From assembly GCA_016783505.1 (NCBI GenBank), contig JADHWK010000009.1, positions 1-63,201 of the forward strand: a stretch of 63,201 bases of DNA, in the 5' to 3' direction. Positions 10,778 to 19,646 of the stretch are shown piece after piece. The stretch's first letter is position 1. Each line of letters starts with the position of its first letter. Source of the DNA: Candidatus Zhuqueibacterota bacterium. Its GTDB lineage: Bacteria > BS750m-G25. The translations under genes and the position numbers were made by a program. The notes under the pieces were generated by a model that was given only the letters and a program-made list of their open reading frames with translations, was not told the origin of the DNA and ran no database searches.

Positions 10778-13375
10778 CTACTTTACCGTTACCACCACCA
10801 GTTGGTTTGTTTGCAGGGTCTCCTGGGCAGCCTGCCTTACCCCCTCTGGGGTCACCCCTTGTAGGTAATCGGTATATCGTTTACTATAATCATACCCCAG
10901 CCCTTGTATTTCGTCAATACCCATAAAGTAAGCCTGATTGATGCGGGAAAGCCGCCTCATTGAGAACCTTCCCAACAATTTATTTTTTATTCTTTCAATC
11001 TCTTGTGTCCCCGGGGGTTCTGATTTCATCCGCCTAATTTCAGCGATGATGCCCTCCCTGGCCGCGGTGAGATTTTGGGGTCTGGTACCCATGGAGGCTA
11101 TCAAATACCCGAAATCATCAGCAAAATTAACGGTGGTTCCCAGGGAATAGGCCCAGCCCTTTCGTTCCCGCAGTTCAAACGCCATCCGGGCGGAAAGCAC
11201 AGCGTTCATCACTTCTAATGGCGCTCTGTCTCGCGCATCCACCCCGTCAATTAGGAAACCAATCTTAAGGTAGGATTGACCTTTACCCATCTTCTGGGTA
11301 ATCTGTTGGTAAACGGGTGAAGGCCTGGGATGGGGTTTCTCTACAAACTCTCCGGTAATCATGGGACCGAAGGATGCCTCTACCCTTTCCATCACCTCCG
11401 GGGCGGGAATGTTGGAAACCACGGTCAAGATCAGGTTGGCGGGGTCAAAATATCTGCGGTGGAAGGTTTTTAAATCGGCCTCTGTTATTGATTCTACCAT
11501 TTCTTCCGTTCCCAACACCCTTTTCCCCAGGTAATGATCCCCGAATAAATTTTCATAAAAGAGAACTTTGGCCCGCTGACTGGCCCGTTCTTCCCCGCTC
11601 TGGATAAGATTGAACATCTCCCTTTTCACTTCAGCCAGTTTCACCCCCGGGAAGGTCGGGTGTTGCACCAGATCGGCCACCAGTTCCAGCCCCGCCTGCC
11701 AGTATTCGTCAATGGTTTCAAAACGGATAAAGGAGAATTGGGGGCTGGTATAATAATTGTCAAAGGGTATCCAGGGGTTATCCACCAATTTCAGGCTGGC
11801 TCCCAGGCGACCGATGGCCTCGGAAATTTCCTCCTCAGAACGGTTCTCTGTTCCCTTACGCAGCATGCGGTGTAGACAGTCGGCGATGCCCATTTTACCA
11901 TCGGGTTCGTTCAACGACCGATCCCGGACTAAAATGTGGAGGGCGAACACCCGGGAATCGGCGTTCTCATCAACGATGACCGTTAATCCATTATCCAGAA
12001 CCTTTTTTATAGTCTGGCCCCTTTCCTCAACCTCCTCCACCCCTCCCTTCTCCCCCGGTTTGACCCAAACGGCCATGTAAGGAATGTCTTTGGTGGGGAA
12101 AAATTTCTTCGCCGCCCGGCGAATGCTAGCCGGGGTCACCAAGTCCAGGTTTTCTAAATAATGCCTAAGAAACCCGTAGCCCCCTAGTGCCAACTCCTGC
12201 CCCTTCATCATCCCGTAGTAATGGGGCCTCTCCGCCATCCGGACCTCCTCCACCTTCATACTGACCCGAACCCTTTGAACCTCCGCCAAAGACAAAGATT
12301 GGTAAGAAATATTCTCCAGCTCATCGAGAACGGTGGCGATCACTTCTTCTTCATCCCCATCCAGGGGGACCGAGGCGCTGATACGGAGTACGCTTAAGTC
12401 CTGATAAAAGTCATAAGAACTGGAAACATCAAAGGCCAATCCGGTCTCCTTCACCAATTTTGAGGTCAATCTATCCGACAATAACTGATTTAGAATGATG
12501 AAGGAATGAAATTCGGGATCTGTCCACAATGGAGCCTGTACCCCTAATCGCAGATATTTTCTCCCCGTCTGAACAGGCTTGGTATAGCTTTGAGTCCCCT
12601 CCGCTAACGAAGTTAATTTTAATCCCTTAGGGCTGGGGAGGTCCCTGGCCGGATGAGGCTTAAAGGCTTTCCGGAACAGTTCCAGCATATTCTGAGTCTC
12701 AAAATCCCCGATGATCATGGCAATCATGTTGTTGGGAACGTAATAGTTATGGTAATAATCAAGAACCTGATCCCGGGTCATATGGGAGATGCTGGTTTCC
12801 GAACCCAGAATCGGTCTGGAATAAGGGGTCCCTTCGTACATTTTAGAGGCGAAAAAAACATCAGCTTGGTTGCCCGGCCGGTCCCGGTCTTTGCCGATCT
12901 CTTCGATGACGATGCCCCTCTCTTTCTCCAACTTTTCCTGGGGAAAGACGGAATTAAACAGCATGTCCGTCTGAATATCCAGGGCCTTCTCGAAGTTATC
13001 CTTGGGCGCTAAAATAATGTAACCGGTGAAGTCCTCCCTGGTAAAAGCGTTGTTGTATGCCCCTAGAAAATCCATCTCATCGTAGAGCTGTTTCTGGGTC
13101 CGGGTTTTGGTGCCGTTGAACAGCAGATGTTCCAAGAAATGGGAGACTCCATTGTTGGCCACTGTCTCATTTCGCAGGCCCGTCTTCACCACCACAAAGG
13201 AGGCGATGACCGGATTGCCGTGATTTTCAATCAAAACAAGTTCCAACCCGTTATCTAACGTGGTGACCAGGGCCTTTTCAGCTTCCTGCCTTTCGAATGC
13301 TGCCTTCTTTTCACCCTGCGAGCAGGACATTAATAGAGTCACCACCGCTAATAAACCGATCCATTTTCGTCCCAT
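10778..13375 (-). CDS. M16 family zinc peptidase (pitrilysin-like), probable lipoprotein
   Basis: HFLEH inverted zinc motif, NAFT, two M16 halves; LMSC lipobox after MGRKW (start moved from 13459, which lies in a repeat). Confidence 0.9.
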   Translation of the reverse strand: MGRKWIGLLAVVTLLMSCSQGEKKAAFERQEAEKALVTTLDNGLELVLIENHGNPVIASFVVVKTGLRNETVANNGVSHFLEHLLFNGTKTRTQKQLYDEMDFLGAYNNAFTREDFTGYIILAPKDNFEKALDIQTDMLFNSVFPQEKLEKERGIVIEEIGKDRDRPGNQADVFFASKMYEGTPYSRPILGSETSISHMTRDQVLDYYHNYYVPNNMIAMIIGDFETQNMLELFRKAFKPHPARDLPSPKGLKLTSLAEGTQSYTKPVQTGRKYLRLGVQAPLWTDPEFHSFIILNQLLSDRLTSKLVKETGLAFDVSSSYDFYQDLSVLRISASVPLDGDEEEVIATVLDELENISYQSLSLAEVQRVRVSMKVEEVRMAERPHYYGMMKGQELALGGYGFLRHYLENLDLVTPASIRRAAKKFFPTKDIPYMAVWVKPGEKGGVEEVEERGQTIKKVLDNGLTVIVDENADSRVFALHILVRDRSLNEPDGKMGIADCLHRMLRKGTENRSEEEISEAIGRLGASLKLVDNPWIPFDNYYTSPQFSFIRFETIDEYWQAGLELVADLVQHPTFPGVKLAEVKREMFNLIQSGEERASQRAKVLFYENLFGDHYLGKRVLGTEEMVESITEADLKTFHRRYFDPANLILTVVSNIPAPEVMERVEASFGPMITGEFVEKPHPRPSPVYQQITQKMGKGQSYLKIGFLIDGVDARDRAPLEVMNAVLSARMAFELRERKGWAYSLGTTVNFADDFGYLIASMGTRPQNLTAAREGIIAEIRRMKSEPPGTQEIERIKNKLLGRFSMRRLSRINQAYFMGIDEIQGLGYDYSKRYTDYLQGVTPEGVRQAAQETLQTNQLVVVTVK

Positions 13376-13401
13376 AAAGTTCCCCACGTAATTGATAACA
13401 A

Positions 13402-13539
13402 AGAACTTAGCCCTTTCTGGGCATCGGTCAGGCGCCCGACTGAACTTTATCAATCCCAAGGTTTGGAGAATCCCTGAGACATCCGGTTGCGTCGAACGGT
13501 TGCGCAGCTCGTCTCGTCATTCGTTAAACGGTTATGGGA
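13402..13539. repeat. Dispersed repeat, copy 2, carrying a 20-bp insert at 13424-13443
   Basis: Reverse complement of 1-139; a degenerate inverted arm follows at about 13615-13716. Confidence 0.9.
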
Positions 13540-14104
13540 AACAAAAAAAGACAAACAAAGAGTTTTCACAACTTAAAGGTTCAGTGAATGTAAGGATGAA
13601 CGCAACCGACAGACGGGAGACGAAACGAGCCCTGTTAAATGCTCTTAACCTATTTAACAGGGCGAGCAGCCCAACCGATAGATCCCGTCCCGAAGTTTCG
13701 GGATCGGGACAACCCGTTAATTTCTTGTAGCTAATTCTTATCCCGAATATTCGGGACGAGACGTCAAAATATTAGAAGTCACCCACCTAGTTATTGTTAG
13801 GTACAATTTACCGATTTTGAAAAGTAAGAAAGGGAATTTGAAGTTCAGATAACATGATATAAGATTCCTGCTTTTCCCATAAGGGAGCACTTAGGTGCCG
13901 CAGGAATGACAATCAATCAACCTCTTTTCTTCTGTGTTCCAATCTTATTATAGTATTAACCTCAAAAATCAAGTGTTAGTCGGTAAATTAAAAATCAACA
14001 TTTTTAACCTCATTTGGAATATGTTCTGAAATTCACCATTATTAAATGTATTTTGTGATGTTTTTCAGTTGTTTTAGTATCGTACAGTGTTTTGAATTGG
14101 CAAA

Positions 14105-14788
14105 CTAAATGCGCTTGGCACATTCTGTTTCCAAAACACAGGATTCACATAAGGGGATTCTCTGGCAGACCGTCTTACCCTGATGGACGATCAATGCGTG
14201 ATATTCGTTGTACAGGTCAACATTTAGGGGTAGATTATCCATGAAAAAACCCTGAAGTACTCCATAGGGATCCTTACCATTTACCATGCCCAGCCGATGG
14301 AAGACCCGCCTAGTGTAGGCGTCAATGACGAAAACAGGCTTGTCTAAGGCGTATAGTAGAATGCTGTCTGCTGTTTCCTCACCAATGCCCTTTACCCCCA
14401 ATAGCTTCCCCCGCAAGGACTGGGTTTCCACACCAGCCATATTATCCAGCTTCCCCCCAAATTCAGCGTTCACGAAATCCATAAACGCCCTGATCTTTTT
14501 GGCCTTTTGATTAAAATAGCCTGATGGACGGATTAGGGAGGTTAATTTTTTTTGGGAAACTTTTGTCAGGCCGTTGATGGACAGAAGATTTTCGGATTGA
14601 AGGTTGGCAATAGCTTTTTCTACGTTGACCCAGTTGGTGTTCTGGGTGAGGATGGCACCCACCATAATTTCCAGGGGAGAATTCCCGGGCCACCAGCCCC
14701 GGGGACCGAAATGGACTAAAAGAAGGTTGTAAATCCTCAGCAGTTTGTTTCTGAGCGAATCCTTAACTCCCATTTTTACCAATCCCAA
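14105..14788 (-). CDS. Endonuclease III-related HhH-GPD DNA glycosylase
   Basis: GAILTQNTNW, GIGEETADSILLY, C-terminal Cys cluster. Confidence 0.9.
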   Translation of the reverse strand: MGLVKMGVKDSLRNKLLRIYNLLLVHFGPRGWWPGNSPLEIMVGAILTQNTNWVNVEKAIANLQSENLLSINGLTKVSQKKLTSLIRPSGYFNQKAKKIRAFMDFVNAEFGGKLDNMAGVETQSLRGKLLGVKGIGEETADSILLYALDKPVFVIDAYTRRVFHRLGMVNGKDPYGVLQGFFMDNLPLNVDLYNEYHALIVHQGKTVCQRIPLCESCVLETECAKRI

Positions 14789-15506
14789 GATCGTTCCGAT
14801 TGGAAAGCTCTTTCACCATCCCGGCCACACACCGTTCAAACAGGTTCTTTCCGTGTTCGGGTGAGGCCAGGTTCACGTCAGCACCGATAATTCCGTTCGG
14901 GTAGAGTGCCTTGAAGGCTTTAGCATCCGGATAGGTTTCTGGCCTCCGCATTCCAGGAAAGGGAACATCCTTTTCCTTTACCACGCCGGGATATAAAAAC
15001 ATCACCAGTGAGGTCTCCCCCGGGGTGCCATGATGTCCCTCCCGATCGCCAAAGGCCTCCTGTAAATATTCAGAAACCCCTTCGGCCTCCCACCAACTCC
15101 GGAATTTAACCTTCATTTCGGGTAATTCATTGACGATCTCCGCCAGGGCGCTCTCGACAGGGGCCCGGTTTCCCCCATGGCCGTTGAGGATGAGAACGCG
15201 CTTAAATCCGGTCTTTTCCAGTGATGCGATAAGATCCCTCAGCACCAAACCCAACGTGGAAGACCTTAAGGCCAGCGTTCCCGGAAAGCCCAGATGGTGG
15301 AGGGACATACCATAGGGGATCACCGGGGCGGTTATGGTGCCCGTCCGTTGGGCTACTTCCCTGGCAATCCCCTCCACGGTCAGATGATCGGAGCCGATGA
15401 CCGCCCGGGGACCATGCTGTTCCGTGCTGCCCAGGGGCAGAATAATCCGGTCGTCTGTCCGCAGATAGGCCTCTACCTCGGGCCAGTTCATAAAGCGAAG
15501 TTCCAT
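14763..15506 (-). CDS. Creatininase family protein
   Basis: PLGSTEQHG, NGHGGN, H..GETS. Confidence 0.9.
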   Translation of the reverse strand: MELRFMNWPEVEAYLRTDDRIILPLGSTEQHGPRAVIGSDHLTVEGIAREVAQRTGTITAPVIPYGMSLHHLGFPGTLALRSSTLGLVLRDLIASLEKTGFKRVLILNGHGGNRAPVESALAEIVNELPEMKVKFRSWWEAEGVSEYLQEAFGDREGHHGTPGETSLVMFLYPGVVKEKDVPFPGMRRPETYPDAKAFKALYPNGIIGADVNLASPEHGKNLFERCVAGMVKELSNRNDLGIGKNGS

Positions 15507-15558
15507 TTCAAATATACGGGTAGCAATTAAGGATAAGAATTGATTCCTATACTACATG

Positions 15559-15834
15559 TTATTTAATCACATCCGTCTCTTCAATGATAATCTTCTCCAC
15601 TCGGGCCCGGAAGGGATTCAAGGATGGTTTCAGGAATAGGATGAGCATAAGAAGCATGATGAGGAGGAACAAATACAGCCATAGTGATCGGGGCTTTTTT
15701 CTGCTACGAAGATTCCGGAATCGAATACGGTGCTTCCCTTCTTCCCCCTTTTCCTTAAAGGACCGGGGTTGGTAGTGGAAACGGCGGGGTTTTTGCCTTT
15801 CGAAAAGCATGATCTTATAAGAACAACCGGACAA
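15559..15834 (-). CDS. Small hypothetical membrane protein
   Basis: KPRRFHYQPR basic N-terminus plus one TM helix; real start may be the internal Met (MLFERQK). Confidence 0.6.
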   Translation of the reverse strand: MSGCSYKIMLFERQKPRRFHYQPRSFKEKGEEGKHRIRFRNLRSRKKPRSLWLYLFLLIMLLMLILFLKPSLNPFRARVEKIIIEETDVIK

Positions 15835-16453
15835 TAGAATAAAAAAAATTCATCAGCAGGTTCATGGGAATATAAATAATTCTCACCAACGGCGACATCA
15901 AAAAAAGAATGAGAATGATAAATCCATAAGGCCTCAGACGGTCGTAGAAGGCTTGACCTTGGGGGGGAAGATAATATCGCAGGATATGGGAGCCATCCAA
16001 AGGGGGGACAGGAATGAGATTAAAGACAGCTAAAACAACGTTGATCTGGATACCGTATTGACTGAACATCCATAGGACGGAATTCGATCCCAATGGGTGA
16101 CCAGAGAGAATCCCGAGAAAAATCATAAGGAAGGTGAAACCCAGGGCCAGGACCAGATTGGAGAGGGGACCGGCGGCAGAGACCACCATATTATCCCGCC
16201 CCGGGTTCCGGAAATTGTAGGGATTGACGGGAACAGGCTTTGCCCAGCCGATCAGTATTGAGGAGCCGCTTATTATCAAAAGGATGGGAACGAGGACACT
16301 GCCGATTAGGTCAATGTGGGGAACCGGGTTCAGGGTGATGCGGCCGGCGTATTTGGCGGTGGGATCCCCGGCGCGTAGAGCTGCCAAACCGTGGGCGCAT
16401 TCGTGAAAAACGATCGAAAATATGAGGATGGGAAAAAGGTAAATGTAATCCAT
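15815..16453 (-). CDS. Site-2 protease family (M50) membrane metalloprotease
   Basis: HECAH, AGPLSN, NLIPVPPLDG. Confidence 0.92.
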   Translation of the reverse strand: MDYIYLFPILIFSIVFHECAHGLAALRAGDPTAKYAGRITLNPVPHIDLIGSVLVPILLIISGSSILIGWAKPVPVNPYNFRNPGRDNMVVSAAGPLSNLVLALGFTFLMIFLGILSGHPLGSNSVLWMFSQYGIQINVVLAVFNLIPVPPLDGSHILRYYLPPQGQAFYDRLRPYGFIILILFLMSPLVRIIYIPMNLLMNFFYSIVRLFL

Positions 16454-16554
16454 TATATAAGCATCTCCTTGTCTTATATTAAATGTAACAAATTTATCCT
16501 ATTCTGTCAACTCATTTCGCAAACCCACACAAAATCCATTGGCGGGAAATATAT

Positions 16555-17460
16555 CTACCCCCGCGGATGAAAGGTCTTATGGACCTCCTTTAAGTATTCC
16601 CGGTCCACATGGGTATAGATCTGGGTAGTGGATATGTCGGCATGGCCCAGCATCTCCTGCACCGCTCTAAGATCGGCTCCCCCCTCCAAAAGGTGGGTGG
16701 CAAAGGAGTGACGGAGGGTATGGGGGCTGGCCTTCTTTTTTATCTCCGTTTTCTCAAAATAGTCATGAAGGATCTTCCAGAACCCCATCCGGGATAGGGG
16801 CCGACCCCAGAGGTTCAAAAACAGCACATCCCCGCTACGGGCTCTTTTCTTTTTCATCAGGCCGGGTCTGACCCGGGTTTGATAGTTACTAACGTGAAAT
16901 ATGGCTTCCTCCCCCACGGGGACCATCCGCTCCTTGGACCCTTTTCCCATAACCCGAATGAACCCCTCTTTCAGGAAAAGATCGGATTGCCGGATTGAGA
17001 TCAGCTCGGAGACCCGGAGACCGCAGGCATAGGCCAGTTCCAACAAGGCTCGACCCCTTAAGCCCCTGTCGGTGGAAAGATCGGGGCCGGCCATCAGCCT
17101 TTCGATCTCTGATTGGTCGAGTACAATAGGCAGTTTCCGCCCCAATTTGGGCAAATCCACATACTGGGTGGGATCATCGGCTACCATTCCCTCGTCAAGC
17201 AAAAACTTATGAAAGGCCCGCACCGCTGAAAAGTTACGAACGATACTGGTGGCCTTTAGCCCCAACCTGCTGAGAAATTGGATAAAGTCATTAACATGCT
17301 GGCGATTGACAGCGGCAACCCCGGCAACGTCTTTATCAGCCAGAAAAATTACATATCTTTTCAGGTCATTTTCGTAGGCAACAATCGTATTGGTGGAAAG
17401 CCCCCGCTCCAGTTTCAAAAAAGTAAGAAAATCCTGAAAATGCTTTTCCATTGAATTCAT
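16555..17460 (-). CDS. xerD: Tyrosine recombinase XerD
   Basis: GLRVSEL, GKGSKER, HTLRHSFATHLL, LGHADISTTQIYTH, HPRG C-terminus. Confidence 0.93.
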   Translation of the reverse strand: MNSMEKHFQDFLTFLKLERGLSTNTIVAYENDLKRYVIFLADKDVAGVAAVNRQHVNDFIQFLSRLGLKATSIVRNFSAVRAFHKFLLDEGMVADDPTQYVDLPKLGRKLPIVLDQSEIERLMAGPDLSTDRGLRGRALLELAYACGLRVSELISIRQSDLFLKEGFIRVMGKGSKERMVPVGEEAIFHVSNYQTRVRPGLMKKKRARSGDVLFLNLWGRPLSRMGFWKILHDYFEKTEIKKKASPHTLRHSFATHLLEGGADLRAVQEMLGHADISTTQIYTHVDREYLKEVHKTFHPRG

Positions 17461-17530
17461 GTTTTAGGTGACATATAAAATAATGAACGTGTCAAAGATG
17501 AAATTTCAGTAAAGTACGTTATTTTGTTCA

Positions 17531-17660
17531 AATTCCCTCCCCCTTTATGGGGGAGGGCTAGGGTGGGGGTGACAACTTTAGCCAGAAATCTCAGAAAAAG
17601 AGCAGAGTGGCATTGTTCAAATCACCCACCCCTAACCCCTCCCATCAAGGAAGGGGAATT
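17531..17660. repeat. Intergenic long imperfect palindrome (REP/MITE-like)
   Basis: AATTCCCTCCCC..GGGAGGG.TAGGGTGGGGGTGA ... TCACCCACCCCTAACCCCTCCC..GGGGAATT. Confidence 0.65.
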
Positions 17661-17732
17661 AATAAGATTTCCGAAATGATCGGTCAGGCGCCCGACTGAT
17701 AGAATAGAACGGGGTTCATTGAACTTTTACTC

Positions 17733-18350
17733 TCAAAGAAAAGTATTAAATAATTTCTCCTCGCCAATAACTGTTTCTGGGCCGTGACCTGGCAGTACCC
17801 GGGTCTGATCGGGTAGGATTAAAAGTTTCTCTTTGATGGAGACAATCAAGGTTTTATAGGAGCCGCCGGGAAAGTCCGTGCGCCCGATGGAGCGCCAGAA
17901 CAGGGTATCCCCTACCAACACCAGGTTGTCATGGTAAAGGCAGATACTCCCCTTTGAGTGGCCGGGGGTGTTGAAAACCTTAAATAATAGCGACCCCACG
18001 GTAAAGATGTCCCCTTCTTTCAGATGGCCATCGGCCCGGGGTGAACGGAGCGGGTGCCCGAAGAAAACAGAAAAATTTTTGATCGATGAGGTAAGCATCC
18101 CGGCGTCTTTAGGATGGATTAAAAGTCGGGCTCCGGTAGCCTCCTTCACCTTTCGGTTCCCCGTGATATGGTCCGAATGGCCATGTGTATTAACAATGTA
18201 TTTGATATTAATGCCCAATGCTTCGACTCGCGCCAAAATGCGCTCCTCATCCCCCCCGGGATCCACCACTGCTCCTTCCTTGGTCTCCTCACAGCCGATG
18301 ATATAACAGTTCGTCACCAAAGGACCCACTTCCAATCGTTCCAGGATCAT
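17733..18350 (-). CDS. MBL-fold metallo-hydrolase (glyoxalase II family)
   Basis: THGHSDH, TPGHS, GRTDFPGG, PGHG; start taken at MILERL. Confidence 0.92.
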   Translation of the reverse strand: MILERLEVGPLVTNCYIIGCEETKEGAVVDPGGDEERILARVEALGINIKYIVNTHGHSDHITGNRKVKEATGARLLIHPKDAGMLTSSIKNFSVFFGHPLRSPRADGHLKEGDIFTVGSLLFKVFNTPGHSKGSICLYHDNLVLVGDTLFWRSIGRTDFPGGSYKTLIVSIKEKLLILPDQTRVLPGHGPETVIGEEKLFNTFL

Positions 18351-18383
18351 TCTCCCGCCCCAGATATTAACCCAGATTCGGAA

Positions 18384-18470
18384 AACACCAAATGACAATG
18401 AAATGATTGCTGATTGCTAATTGCTGCTGTAGCCAATGTTTTAACAATTAGCAATTAACAATCAACAATC
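18384..18470. repeat. ~90-bp dispersed repeat of CAAT(C/T)A(G/A) heptads, copy 1
   Basis: Near reverse complement of 25406-25498; partial copy near 48055-48090. Confidence 0.8.
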
Positions 18471-18509
18471 TAATGGTTTTTTCCACGATGAACCTTCGGT
18501 CAGTGTTCT

Positions 18510-19205
18510 CTACAGACCGTTGGCAATTACTTGATTTAGGTTTAAGTTCCCCGGACAGGCCTTAACGCAGATTCCGCAGATATAAAGGTTGAAGTTAAGC
18601 TCTTTGGCCACGTGTTTGCAGAAGCTGAAACACCTGTCGAAATCGTAATCCGCCGGGCTCTCCCCCAAAGCCCCCACTGGACAGGCGGGAATGCAGTTCC
18701 GGCAATCCCCGCACCCAAAGGGAACCTCTACCCCGCTTTCTGCCAAGGGAAGATCGGTTAAAACGGTAACATAACGAACCTGAGATCCGTAATCAGGATT
18801 GACCACTAAATTATTACGGCCGATCCAGCCCAAGCCCGACCTGACCACCGCTTCCTTGTGGGAAAGATGACCCCTCTGGGCCTTCCAGTCCACGATCTGA
18901 GAGGCCGGGATTGGTAAGGCCTTTCCCCCTATTTTTTGAATCTGGTTGCTGATTGAAAAGGCAATTCGATCCAAAAGGATATTGGCCTGGCGATAATGCC
19001 ATTTGTAGAGCAGAGTTGGCTCAGATTCGATCCCATCAAGAACCGCCCGGGAAAGCCTGACCCCGATAGACAAGACCCAATCTAAACCTTTCAGTTCAGA
19101 AGGTATAAGATAAAGAATTTTCTTCAAGGTTTCCGTCCTACAACAGCCGAAAAGAGAAGCCCCCCAAGCCAAAGCTGCCTTCTTCAGGATTTCAAAATTA
19201 TCCAT
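18510..19205 (-). CDS. 4Fe-4S protein, epoxyqueuosine reductase (QueG)-like
   Basis: SHK.A...GLGWIGRNNL, CGDCRNCIPACPVGA, CGICVKACP. Confidence 0.75.
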   Translation of the reverse strand: MDNFEILKKAALAWGASLFGCCRTETLKKILYLIPSELKGLDWVLSIGVRLSRAVLDGIESEPTLLYKWHYRQANILLDRIAFSISNQIQKIGGKALPIPASQIVDWKAQRGHLSHKEAVVRSGLGWIGRNNLVVNPDYGSQVRYVTVLTDLPLAESGVEVPFGCGDCRNCIPACPVGALGESPADYDFDRCFSFCKHVAKELNFNLYICGICVKACPGNLNLNQVIANGL

Positions 19206-19646
19206 AATACTATTCTAAATCCTGCTATATTATACGGCAAAATCCCCAATTTGTCAAGTAAAATTTTATATGGTACTGAATGTCCCCAATTTTGTCAGGT
19301 CATTTCCAAGATCATTTCCCCCTCTGGGAGCGTAGCCTCCTACCCTAGTCGCAAAGCGATCTTGGGACCGGGCACGACGGACCGGGCAGGCAAGACCCTT
19401 CGGGCCGATAATAACCAACCAATAGTTGCTTCAAGGTTGCACCTGGAAGCATTAAAAAACTTCTCAGTTAGACTCACCACTGATAAGTCTCCATTTATAT
19501 TGCTGTTATATCCCTCATCTAATCCCAGTTTTGGGGGACATTCAGAAATTTTCTATCGTATCCCATTTAGGGTTGTATTTAAGGGAAAAATTTCTTATAT
19601 TATTTTCAAAACAATCCATTATCATTTCTTATAAAAGGAGGTACAA

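Noticed and set aside
16555..17460. Tyrosine recombinase as the integron integrase for the attC sites
   Set aside because: It has typical XerD length and motifs, lacks the IntI-specific insertion, and sits among housekeeping genes with no adjacent cassette.
19251..19634. 127-aa ORF upstream of the M49 peptidase
   Set aside because: TTG start, no motifs, and it spans a divergent promoter region; probably non-coding.
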